Assembly: GCA_904501925.1 (NCBI GenBank)
Contig: CAJGCO010000007.1
Location: 182 to 64,181 of the forward strand
Length of the DNA stretch: 64,000 nt
Direction: 5' to 3'
From: an uncultured Alphaproteobacteria bacterium
Lineage (GTDB): Bacteria > Pseudomonadota > Alphaproteobacteria > RF32 > CAG-239
The notes under the pieces are model-generated. The model did not search any database. It was not told the origin of the DNA and saw only the letters and a list, made by a program, of their open reading frames with translations. The position numbers were made by a program, and so were the translations under genes. Positions 29,826-39,012 of the stretch are shown here, piece after piece; the first letter of the stretch is position 1, and each line of letters opens with the position of its first letter.

Positions 29826-31460
29826 ATGTTTCTTAGCCTAAATAAAAAATTCTTTTTCACAATCATAGCCTCAATGCTATTTTGTGCCACCATCTTTTTA
29901 TTTTTATTTGATATAATTGTTGGAAAACAAATCAAAAGAACCCACTCAGATATCATCACCAGAAACCAATATGTAATTAACCTTTTAAATGAAAACATCG
30001 CCTTAAGTAAACAACTAAGCCAATACCAGCCCACCTCAAAAACAACCTCAATCAACAAAAAACAAGAAGAACTTTCAAGAGAACGCAAACTACACGAAGA
30101 ACTAACCAAAACATACGATCAAAACTATTCAACTCTAACCGAAAGTCTTCGCATAATCAGTATCGGTGCAACATTAACAATCCTCTCCTTAATCATTTTG
30201 TGGTTACTATTAAGATATTGGGTAATAACCCCTATTGATAAACTCTCCGATTTATCTATTGAAATTGCAAACGGCAATTTTAACAAACGATTTAATCTAA
30301 AAAAAACCAGATTCCCCGATGAATTTAACACTTTGATGAAAACCTTTAATTTCATGTTAGATAACATTGAACATAACATCTCAGCCATCAAAGAAAAAGA
30401 AATCTTCCTACAAAACTTAATCGATGCCATCCCCGATGCCATTCGTGTTATAGACGAAGACTTCAACATCATCCTTTCCAATAAAGCATATAAAGAATAC
30501 ACCAAAAAGAAAATATTATGCGCTTCAACAACCTGTTATCAAGCATACGATAAAAATGCCACTGCTCCCTGCAACACAAATACTAAAATTTGCCCACTTG
30601 TTGAACTACGCAAAAAAGCCTCAAACATAAAACTAATTCATACCATAAACAACAAACCTCTTTCTATAAGTAGCGCACGCATTAACTTTAATAATAACTA
30701 CTCAATCATTGAATCAATTCGTGACTTAAGTGAAAGAATCACCTATTCTCACCAACAAAAAATTTCATCTCTTGGCTTTTTAACCTCCTCTTTAGCCCAC
30801 GAAATCAAAAACAATCTTGGCGCAATAAACCTAATCTTAGATGGCCTACTTGAAAAATATTACAAATCAGATGATGACACATCCGAAACAAAACGTTACC
30901 TCTCTTTAATTTCCAATCAAATCAAAGAATGTATCAAAGTTCCAGAACGCTTATTAAAGCTTTCTAGCACCAACGATAGTAACAATGAAAACATATCCAT
31001 CTCCACTTCCATCAACGATATGTTATCGCTCCTTGATTATGAAATTAAAAGCAAAGGAATAAACATCATCAAAAACTATTCCAACACCAAAGAAACAATA
31101 ACAGGCAACGAAACAGACTTCAAAATGGTTATTTTAAACCTCCTTCAAAATGCCATAAATGCCACCCCAACTGCCGGCACCATTGAAATTAAAACCAACA
31201 CCAACAAAGAAGAACTTTTAATTTCCATAAAAGATAACGGCTGTGGTATTGATGAAACATCTTTAATGCATATTTTTGAACCATTTTACACCACCTCCCC
31301 AAATAAAAACACCAAAGGAACAGGGTTAGGTCTTGCAATCGTAAAAGATTTGCTCACAAAATTTGATGCAAACATAGATGTTTCAAGCATTCTAAACCAT
31401 GGCTCAACCTTCACAATTACGATTCCACGACAAAAAAAGCAAAAAATGCTTGTAAAATAA
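29826..31460 (+). CDS. Sensor histidine kinase (TM-HAMP-PAS-HisKA-HATPase), orphan
   Basis: Two TM segments; a HAMP-like region PIDKLSDLSIEIANGNF; PAS LIDAIPDAIRVIDEDFNIILSNKAY; H-box SSLAHEIKNNLG; N, G1 and G2 boxes (LLQNAINAT, DNGCGI, GTGLGLAI). No response regulator is adjacent. Confidence 0.88.
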   Translation: MFLSLNKKFFFTIIASMLFCATIFLFLFDIIVGKQIKRTHSDIITRNQYVINLLNENIALSKQLSQYQPTSKTTSINKKQEELSRERKLHEELTKTYDQNYSTLTESLRIISIGATLTILSLIILWLLLRYWVITPIDKLSDLSIEIANGNFNKRFNLKKTRFPDEFNTLMKTFNFMLDNIEHNISAIKEKEIFLQNLIDAIPDAIRVIDEDFNIILSNKAYKEYTKKKILCASTTCYQAYDKNATAPCNTNTKICPLVELRKKASNIKLIHTINNKPLSISSARINFNNNYSIIESIRDLSERITYSHQQKISSLGFLTSSLAHEIKNNLGAINLILDGLLEKYYKSDDDTSETKRYLSLISNQIKECIKVPERLLKLSSTNDSNNENISISTSINDMLSLLDYEIKSKGINIIKNYSNTKETITGNETDFKMVILNLLQNAINATPTAGTIEIKTNTNKEELLISIKDNGCGIDETSLMHIFEPFYTTSPNKNTKGTGLGLAIVKDLLTKFDANIDVSSILNHGSTFTITIPRQKKQKMLVK

Positions 31461-31508
31461 TATTTTGCAGTATATATAGCAAAAAAAAGAACTTAAAAGG
31501 AAACTTTC

Positions 31509-31730
31509 ATGAGCAAAGAAGAATTACTAGAATTCACTGGCGATGTAATAGAGAAGCTACCAAACGCTATGTTTAGAGTACGTCTTGAAAACGGCGTTGA
31601 GATTTTAGCACACACTGCTGGTAAAATGCGTAAATTTCGCATTCGCGTTATGGTTGGTGACAAAGTAGATATTGAAATGACCCCATATGATTTAACCAAA
31701 GGTCGTATCACTTTCCGTCATAAAGACTAA
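31509..31730 (+). CDS. infA: Translation initiation factor IF-1
   Basis: 73 aa. [46 protein letters not shown] is the canonical IF-1 S1 fold. Confidence 0.97.
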   Translation: MSKEELLEFTGDVIEKLPNAMFRVRLENGVEILAHTAGKMRKFRIRVMVGDKVDIEMTPYDLTKGRITFRHKD

Positions 31731-31734
31731 ACTT

Positions 31735-31759
31735 AAAAGGGGCTCTCGCCCCTTTTTTT
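31735..31759. terminator. Bidirectional rho-independent terminator
   Basis: GGGGC/GCCCC stem flanked by A4 and T7. It lies between the convergent infA and the DGQHR gene. Confidence 0.75.
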
Positions 31760-32306
31760 ATTTTGCCTTAAATCCCTTATTAAACAACCTAAAAATCGTA
31801 TGCATAATCTTTCCCCAAAGTCTGCGCTTACCTAACTTCACCTTTAATACATCTATCTCATACTCCCTACCATATTTATATAATAAATAACAACACCTAT
31901 GTTGCCCATCTACAATCTCGCCATTATATCCAACTACAACTATTTTTTTACTATCAAAACCATTTTCTTCAATATTTTTAATCAATTCCTTAAATTTAAC
32001 AATACTAACATCATGCCCCATTTTATTTTGGTGAACATCACAATATTCTTCATAATCTTTTACATCACCTTGTAAAAACTTAAAAGGAGAAACATCTTCC
32101 AAACTCAAAATTTCTCCCATCCATTCTCTTTTAATATCTTTTAATTTCATCTTTGAAACTTCGTATTCATACAATTTACGAAACTTAACTCTTCTATTAA
32201 AAAACACTTCATCTAATTCAAAACGCTCATCCCACAACAACACATCTGATGAGCCTAAAAAAACTTTACGCACACCTTTATAAAATCTTAAAAAGCTATA
32301 TTTCAT
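31758..32306 (-). CDS. Small ParB/Srx-fold protein with an exact DGQHR motif
   Basis: 182 aa. The C-terminal half FKELIKNIEENGFDSKKIVVVGYNGEIVDGQHRCCYLL fits the ParB N-terminal-like / DGQHR (DndB-type) nuclease-fold signature. It is much shorter than DndB. Confidence 0.55.
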   Translation of the reverse strand: MKYSFLRFYKGVRKVFLGSSDVLLWDERFELDEVFFNRRVKFRKLYEYEVSKMKLKDIKREWMGEILSLEDVSPFKFLQGDVKDYEEYCDVHQNKMGHDVSIVKFKELIKNIEENGFDSKKIVVVGYNGEIVDGQHRCCYLLYKYGREYEIDVLKVKLGKRRLWGKIMHTIFRLFNKGFKAK

Positions 32307-32342
32307 TTAGATAGTCCTCGCTTAATACATAAAATTATTAAG

Positions 32343-32358
32343 CTTAACTATAGTTAAG
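32343..32358. promoter_or_regulatory. 16-bp perfect palindrome CTTAACTATAGTTAAG (candidate operator)
   Basis: Located in the 88-bp divergent intergenic region between the DGQHR gene and the XRE regulator gene. Confidence 0.4.
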
Positions 32359-32394
32359 TAATAACATTTGTCAATATAAAATAATATAGCCATT

Positions 32395-32637
32395 ATGAAC
32401 ATACGAGAAGCACAAGATTTTAGTAATAAGGTTGTTGACGTTCTAATCAAAGAACGCCAAAAACAAGGTCTTAGCCGTTACAAAATTTCAAAACTATGTG
32501 GTGTATCAGAAGCAGCTCTTAGCTATATTGAAAACCATGAACGCCACCCAACCCTATATACATTAAAACAAATAGCCACAGTCCTTAATGTAAATTTATA
32601 TGAACTAATAAAAGAAATTGAAGAAAACGAACTTTAA
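32395..32637 (+). CDS. XRE-family helix-turn-helix transcriptional regulator
   Basis: 80 aa. LIKERQKQGLSRYKISKLCGVSEAALSYIENHERHPTLYTLKQIATVL is a classical Cro/C1 HTH. Confidence 0.85.
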   Translation: MNIREAQDFSNKVVDVLIKERQKQGLSRYKISKLCGVSEAALSYIENHERHPTLYTLKQIATVLNVNLYELIKEIEENEL

Positions 32638-33068
32638 TTCATATCAAACTTATCGCCAATCTCTAAACCACGAACCTCAAACTCTCCACCATTAACTTCT
32701 AAAATATAACAATACTTCTTAAAACTTCTAATACTTTCCAATGATAGAGGTGTTGCATTCTCTTTCACATCAACAATTTTCCCAGCACAATCAATAAATA
32801 TCATATCAAGAGGTATATACGTATTTTTCATCCACAATGCCACATATCTAGTATCTTGTTTGCTAAAATCAAACATCATTGCTTTATTTTTATCCATTTG
32901 CTTTACAAACATCAAACCTTTTGCTTTTTCCTTATTCGTTTTAGCCACCCTAACCTCATAACAAACTTTGCCCTTAACACAAAGCTCTTGAGCCTTCAAA
33001 TCTTTTGCAAACAAAGCTCCCAATATAGACAACATTAAAAACAAATATTTATAATATTTCATACCCAT
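32634..33068 (-). CDS. DUF192-domain secreted protein
   Basis: Signal peptide, then KGLMFVKQMDKNKAMMFDF...LWMKNTYIPLDMIFID..GKIVDV...YILEVNGG fits the DUF192 pattern. Confidence 0.7.
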   Translation of the reverse strand: MGMKYYKYLFLMLSILGALFAKDLKAQELCVKGKVCYEVRVAKTNKEKAKGLMFVKQMDKNKAMMFDFSKQDTRYVALWMKNTYIPLDMIFIDCAGKIVDVKENATPLSLESIRSFKKYCYILEVNGGEFEVRGLEIGDKFDMN

Positions 33069-33139
33069 TCCAACAAATATTTACTTAATATTAGCGTTTT
33101 ATCCCTAAATTATATATAGTTTAAACAAAAAAAGACATT

Positions 33140-34747
33140 ATGACTAGTATAAAAGACATTTTTAACATAAAAAATTATACCCCCAAAACCCTAATTTTGG
33201 CGTTTAGTTTATTATGCCTAAGTTTTGCCCCCCTATTTTTTAATTTCATATGGGGAAATCACGATTGGATGCCAATGCTAAACCACTCACACCTAGGCAG
33301 TGGTTTAATCGAAGGCCGTATGACACAATACATATTTTTAGTCTTACTTTTAGGTGGAAAACTTCTCCCCATACTAAACTTTGCAATAGGCTTTTTTGCA
33401 TATACCATCGCTTTAATAATCTTAAGCAAATACTTCTTTGAATTCCCCCCCTCCCAAAGCAAATACACCTTAATAATTTGCACAATAGCAACCCTGCCAT
33501 TCATCAATGAAATAACCTATTTTCATTTCATAATCTTAAGCCAACTAATCTGGACATTAACTATCGCAATATCTCTAATTTGCGCCCAAAAAGCCACCAC
33601 CGCACACTTTGGATTTTACACCTTTTTATCAACTCTATTTTTAACATTAAGCATTAGTGGCTACCCTGCTTGTGCAAACTTATTTATTACATCTACCATC
33701 CTTTATGCCATCAAATTAAATTCTCAAAAACAAACCTATACAAAACTCATTAAAAACTTAACTCCTTTTATCATAAGCTTTTTAATTTCTTTCACATTTT
33801 TATACATTGCCTACCAATATATGCTAAAAAATAATATAATGATAAATTCATACAACAACGCCACATTATCAATTATTGAAGTATTTAAAAATATCCCTTA
33901 TGTGCTAAAAAACTCCATCATAAGCCTAATCCAACCCCAACCATTTTTTAGTTTAACATTCAAATTAATAACCTTTTTTATAATCATATATTACATAATC
34001 TCATACTTTGCCTCATACACATCAAAAAGCGATTATTTTATTCGTTTTTCTCTAATATTAGCACTATTTATCGGATTAAAATTTTCAGCCCTATTAATCA
34101 ATGAAAATCATACTAATTATTTTGCAGAACGTGACCCAATTTCATTTGCTATAAGAACAGACTTCTTTTCTGTTCCAACCTTTTTAATGTTTGCTCTCAC
34201 ATCTCTTGCAAGCTCATCTTATAGATTTAATAAAAACTTATGTTCTATTGTTTGTGCTTTCTTATTAATAATCAACATCAACTCAAATCTTCATTATTCA
34301 AAAATTCAAATTTTTGGTTTTAAATCCGAAACCAATTTAATGGAACGCATGATAAATCGCATACAATCTGATGAAAATTATATCCCTCAAAATCTTTATA
34401 CCTTCGTTCAACTAGGAGAAATAACTCTTCGCCCCAAATTCTACACCCCAAGCAAATACGAAAAATTTGGTTTTTATACCCTAAAAACATCTTACATGCG
34501 TTACTGGATAGCAAATGAATTTCATAATTTCTATCTTCCTTTTAGCTTCATCTTACAAGGACAGTCCATAAATCCAGATAACGTAACTCCACCATTAGCC
34601 AATTTCATCATATACGAAAACAACCTCTGGCCTTCTCCATATTCAACATACGTTGATAACAAACATATTATCATCTCAACAGCCAGAACCGAAAAAAATA
34701 TGATGTCCGATCAATTTAAAAAACTCACAGAAAGCTTACCCAAATGA
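33140..34747 (+). CDS. GtrC/GtrII-like polytopic membrane glycosyltransferase (GT-C type, tentative), paralog A
   Basis: 535 aa, about 10 or more TM helices plus a soluble C-terminal domain of about 130 aa. Shares the N-terminal block F.WGNHDW....GL.EGR.TQ..........PILN..IGF with paralogs B and C. Lies in a cluster with a GtrB-like gene. Confidence 0.55.
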   Translation: MTSIKDIFNIKNYTPKTLILAFSLLCLSFAPLFFNFIWGNHDWMPMLNHSHLGSGLIEGRMTQYIFLVLLLGGKLLPILNFAIGFFAYTIALIILSKYFFEFPPSQSKYTLIICTIATLPFINEITYFHFIILSQLIWTLTIAISLICAQKATTAHFGFYTFLSTLFLTLSISGYPACANLFITSTILYAIKLNSQKQTYTKLIKNLTPFIISFLISFTFLYIAYQYMLKNNIMINSYNNATLSIIEVFKNIPYVLKNSIISLIQPQPFFSLTFKLITFFIIIYYIISYFASYTSKSDYFIRFSLILALFIGLKFSALLINENHTNYFAERDPISFAIRTDFFSVPTFLMFALTSLASSSYRFNKNLCSIVCAFLLIININSNLHYSKIQIFGFKSETNLMERMINRIQSDENYIPQNLYTFVQLGEITLRPKFYTPSKYEKFGFYTLKTSYMRYWIANEFHNFYLPFSFILQGQSINPDNVTPPLANFIIYENNLWPSPYSTYVDNKHIIISTARTEKNMMSDQFKKLTESLPK

Positions 34748-36318
34748 TAAACAAGTTAAAAAAATATAACCTAAATTTTGATAAAAATGATATAAAATCT
34801 ATCATTTATAGCTTCATTATCATAAACTTTGCTTTTTTATATCACACCCTAAACCTCATCTGGGGAAACCACGATGTAACCTTCATCAAAGAAGAACTAC
34901 TTTTATCCTCTGGTTTATTTGAAGGAAGATTTACCCAATTCATCCCATATAGATTATTAACCAACGGACAAATTCTCCCCATCTTAAATAATCTAATTGG
35001 CTTTGCTTTTTTAACTCTAGGTCTTTGGGTTTTAGCCAGATATTGGAACCTTAAAAAAAACAAATTATATTATACTTTATTTATCTCATTTTTTGCCACT
35101 CTTCCCTATACCCTTTCTTGGCTATACTTCACCTTCATAACCATTAGTTGTATGTTATGGGTATTACTTGCCATCCTAGGACTTCATCTCTCATCTTTTA
35201 TCTACAAACAAAAATCCAAAACTCTTTTTATAATACTCTCCACCCTTTGCTTCTATCTCCCTTTAGGTGGCTACCCACCAGTTATAAACACAATTTTTGT
35301 TTGTTTATCTGCAAAAATTTTAATCTCATACGCCCTAGAAAAAAAATCACTAAAAGAAATTTTTTCTCAACACATCTACACTATCCTTTGCATCATAATT
35401 GCCATCATCTGTTTTAAAACAACATTCTTGTTTATAAAATCAGATAGTGTATATAATCTACAAATCCTAAACTTAAAAGAAATACCACAAAAATTACTTT
35501 CAATAATCTTTATATCTTTTAACCAATTCATCATCTCTCTTCCATATATGGAAAAACCATACAAAATAACCCTGCTTGTAATGAGCCTAACCTCAATTAT
35601 AGGATTATTTGCTCTCCCCCTTTCCCCAAAAAACAAATTAATCACCTTTTTCATACTTTTTATCACCCTTTTAAGCACCTCCACAACCACCTTTTTAGCC
35701 ACAGCCCCCACCCAATATGTTGCTCGCATAGACTTCTATGGTTTAGGCTTTTTATACTTATTTTTCATATACTTAACTCTAAGCATAACCCCAAAAATTT
35801 TCCCCTCACTTGGCATAATTTTCTTATTTATTCTAATCCCTTTTAACATCCTCAACGACTACCGTGCCCTCACCATTTGGAAGCAAGGATTCGACGCAGA
35901 ATACCAAATTTTAGACCGAGTTGTAGAGCGTATTGAAAACCATGAAAACTTCAATCCACACAAGCAATACCGTTACTATCAAGTAGGTGATATTGCCCTA
36001 CGCCCAGCATACTACAATTCAACATTTGATTTTAATGATGTGTTCCTCTATTCCCACCCATATCTTGCAATGTGGCAAGGAAAAAATCTCATAGAATTCT
36101 ATTCTCCATTTAATTATGTCGACAATAAAAACGAAATATACATCTCAGATATAACCCCTCAATTATATACATTTATGAAAGATAAAGCCAGACCTTGGCC
36201 ACACCAAAATTCAATCTACATAGATGATAAAATAATAGTCGTAATCTATCGCCAAAACGAACTAAATGAATTCATAAACCAAATACAACAAACTTTATCC
36301 TCAACCCAATTAAAATAA
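34744..36318 (+). CDS. GtrC/GtrII-like polytopic membrane glycosyltransferase (tentative), paralog B
   Basis: 524 aa. ATGA overlap with paralog A. Shares the same WGNHD / EGRFTQF / PILNNLIGF blocks and the C-terminal RPxYY...W pattern. Confidence 0.55.
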   Translation: MINKLKKYNLNFDKNDIKSIIYSFIIINFAFLYHTLNLIWGNHDVTFIKEELLLSSGLFEGRFTQFIPYRLLTNGQILPILNNLIGFAFLTLGLWVLARYWNLKKNKLYYTLFISFFATLPYTLSWLYFTFITISCMLWVLLAILGLHLSSFIYKQKSKTLFIILSTLCFYLPLGGYPPVINTIFVCLSAKILISYALEKKSLKEIFSQHIYTILCIIIAIICFKTTFLFIKSDSVYNLQILNLKEIPQKLLSIIFISFNQFIISLPYMEKPYKITLLVMSLTSIIGLFALPLSPKNKLITFFILFITLLSTSTTTFLATAPTQYVARIDFYGLGFLYLFFIYLTLSITPKIFPSLGIIFLFILIPFNILNDYRALTIWKQGFDAEYQILDRVVERIENHENFNPHKQYRYYQVGDIALRPAYYNSTFDFNDVFLYSHPYLAMWQGKNLIEFYSPFNYVDNKNEIYISDITPQLYTFMKDKARPWPHQNSIYIDDKIIVVIYRQNELNEFINQIQQTLSSTQLK

Positions 36319-36389
36319 TAGAATTTTTACATATTTTATGTTACATACAAACTTATATTTATTAACCTTTATTTTATGCGTGGTGAAAT

Positions 36390-37334
36390 ATGCAAAAAAC
36401 TGCTCAATTAGCCCTAATCATTCCTTGTTATAATGAAGAAGAGATTTTAAATAGTAGCATCACTAAATTAAACAAAATTTTAGCTTCCCTCATCAAACAA
36501 AATCTTATCTCCTCAGATTCTCGCATTGTCTTAGTTAATGACGGCTCAAAAGATAAAACTTGGGAAATAATTGAAAACGCTCACAAAAAACACCCACACA
36601 TTACAGGTATTTGTTTATCCAGAAACTTTGGTCACCAAGAAGCTCTCTTAGCTGGCTTATATAACACCAAAGCTGATATCTACATCACTTTAGATGCTGA
36701 TCTCCAAGATGATCCATCTGTTATAAAAAATATGATTAAAGAATATTACAACGGCTATGAAATTGTATATGGCGTTAGAAAAAAAAGAACAACCGATACA
36801 TTTTTCAAACGCAATTCTGCTCTATTGTTTTATAAAATAATGAAAATTCTAGGGGTAGAACTTGTTGCAAATCATGCCGACTTTAGATTATTAAGCAGTC
36901 GTGCTGTTGAAACAATGTCCACCTTTAAAGAAAAAAACTTATTCTTAAGAGCCGTTGTTCCACTTGTTGGCTACAAATCAACAAATGTATATTATGATAG
37001 ACTAGAAAGAACTGCAGGTACAACCAAATATCCTCTTAAAAAAATGATATTATTTGCCCTAAAAGGAATATCTAGTTTTTCTGCAGTTCCACTACATTTA
37101 ATAACCCTATCTGGCGCTTTAATTTCACTATTAAGCTTCTTTTTAATGATATGGACATTTATAGCTTATATAAACGATTCCACCATTGTTGGTTGGGCAT
37201 CTTTAATGTCTGCAATAACCTTCTTTAGTGGTATAACTATTTTATTTATGGGTATCATTGGCGAATACATTGCTAGCATTTTCATTGAAGTTAAAAACCG
37301 TCCACTCTACATCATAGACAAGGTATTAAAATAA
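36390..37334 (+). CDS. gtrB: Bactoprenol-phosphate glycosyltransferase (GtrB-like GT2)
   Basis: LIIPCYNEEE...LVNDGSKDKT...CLSRNFGHQEALLAG...LDADLQDDP plus two C-terminal TM helices (GIIGEYIASIFIEVKNRPLY). Confidence 0.85.
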   Translation: MQKTAQLALIIPCYNEEEILNSSITKLNKILASLIKQNLISSDSRIVLVNDGSKDKTWEIIENAHKKHPHITGICLSRNFGHQEALLAGLYNTKADIYITLDADLQDDPSVIKNMIKEYYNGYEIVYGVRKKRTTDTFFKRNSALLFYKIMKILGVELVANHADFRLLSSRAVETMSTFKEKNLFLRAVVPLVGYKSTNVYYDRLERTAGTTKYPLKKMILFALKGISSFSAVPLHLITLSGALISLLSFFLMIWTFIAYINDSTIVGWASLMSAITFFSGITILFMGIIGEYIASIFIEVKNRPLYIIDKVLK

Positions 37335-37336
37335 AC

Positions 37337-38941
37337 ATGGAAGCAACGTCTAATACATCACATAAATTTTCTATATCTGATTTTTTTAACAAAAATTGGC
37401 TAGCCGTTTATTTGTTAAGCATATTAGCTTATTTACCATTCTTTTTCTTTTTTATCTGGGGCAATCATGACTGGGAATGGATAAAAATTGGAACACCTTT
37501 TTCTAGTGGTAACTTCGAAGGACGTTTTTCCCAATTCATCCTTCCAACAGCCCTAACCTTAGGTCAAATAATCCCTATTCTTTCCCTATCCTTAGGCTTA
37601 TTATTTTTCTCCCTAACACCTATTATTCTATCCAAAATATGGGATATCCCACAAAACACCAAAAACATCGTTTTATTAGGTCTAATCCTAACCACCTGCC
37701 CATATACTATTGCTTGGTTATACTTTGCATTTTTAATACTAAGCTGTTTATCTTGGCCTTTTTTTATTGCTAGTGCTTTTTATCTTTTACAAAAATATAA
37801 ATCCATAATATCAATATTAATATCAAGCATAATATTTTACCTTTCTTTAGGTGGCTATCCACCTGTTATAAATATGATTGGCATAATCTTATTCTCACTT
37901 TTATTAAACGATATATGCATAAAACACCTAACACTAAAATCCCTCATCAAAAAATACATTCCATTTGCAATATCCATTATATTTGCATTAACATTTTTTT
38001 TCATCACCCTCTATTTCTTAAAAAAATATAATTTAATGCAAGACACATACAACACTGCATCACTTAAATTAGAAGACCTCTCTCAAAAACTTATATTTTC
38101 TATCAAAGTAAGCATAGAGCAATTCCTAGTATCAAAAACATTTATTTCATACATATACAAATATATCTTTTTATGTATCAGCCTAATAGGTATCATTGAA
38201 TTATTTATCAAAACACCAAAAAAATTCATCCATATCTCCCTTTTTATTTTATGTTTATTTGGCTTGTTATTTTCTTCTATTTTAACCACATTTATAGCCA
38301 CAAACACTGCTTTTGTTTTATACGAACCTAGAGTAGAATTTTTTGGAATAATTTATATATATCTATATTTTTCATCAACGATTCTTCATTTATCAAACAA
38401 ATTAATCAAAAATCTAGCATATGCCTCCATATTTTTTATCATCATATTAAATTTCCAAACCATCTCATATGCTCAAAAAATCTGGAAACAAGGCTTTTTA
38501 GCAGAAGCAAATTTATCAGATCGCATAATTAAACGTATTGAAAATCACCCAAAATTTGACATCAATAAAAAATACACATTCCTACAAGGTGGTGTATTAA
38601 ATTTCAGAGGTCGTTTTCATACCCCATTAGCTCATGAAACACTTGATTCATATTTCATCACAGCGCCTTATATCCCTTGGCATCTACCCACCAAAAACTA
38701 TAAATTATATTACCCAACAGATGTCTTTGGCAAAGATTTTGATGTATATTGGAGCACAATCCCTCCTTTTGCCATAAATATCAACACAGCCAAAGCTCAA
38801 TACATTCGTCATTTTGCTCAGCCTTTCCCTAACAACCAAAGTCTATATATGGATAATGACACTATAATTTTAACCCTCACAAGCAACGGACAAAACCTCG
38901 CTAAACAGTGGATAAATCGATACTATCAACAACCTTATTAA
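37337..38941 (+). CDS. GtrC/GtrII-like polytopic membrane glycosyltransferase (tentative), paralog C
   Basis: 534 aa. Starts 2 nt after the gtrB-like stop. FFIWGNHDWEWIK...GNFEGRFSQF...PILSLSLGL. Confidence 0.55.
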   Translation: MEATSNTSHKFSISDFFNKNWLAVYLLSILAYLPFFFFFIWGNHDWEWIKIGTPFSSGNFEGRFSQFILPTALTLGQIIPILSLSLGLLFFSLTPIILSKIWDIPQNTKNIVLLGLILTTCPYTIAWLYFAFLILSCLSWPFFIASAFYLLQKYKSIISILISSIIFYLSLGGYPPVINMIGIILFSLLLNDICIKHLTLKSLIKKYIPFAISIIFALTFFFITLYFLKKYNLMQDTYNTASLKLEDLSQKLIFSIKVSIEQFLVSKTFISYIYKYIFLCISLIGIIELFIKTPKKFIHISLFILCLFGLLFSSILTTFIATNTAFVLYEPRVEFFGIIYIYLYFSSTILHLSNKLIKNLAYASIFFIIILNFQTISYAQKIWKQGFLAEANLSDRIIKRIENHPKFDINKKYTFLQGGVLNFRGRFHTPLAHETLDSYFITAPYIPWHLPTKNYKLYYPTDVFGKDFDVYWSTIPPFAININTAKAQYIRHFAQPFPNNQSLYMDNDTIILTLTSNGQNLAKQWINRYYQQPY

Positions 38942-39012
38942 AAAAAACATAAAAAACCTTGTTAATGCAAAGCAAATCATATATGCTCCTACATTAAGAA
39001 AGGTATAAACAA

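Noticed and set aside
33120-38010. Homopolymeric A/T runs (A7-A8, T7-T8) in and before the GtrC-like paralogs, considered as phase-variation tracts.
   Set aside because: Runs of this length are frequent throughout this AT-rich window, including in housekeeping genes, and none sits at a start codon in a way that distinguishes it. Population read data would be needed.
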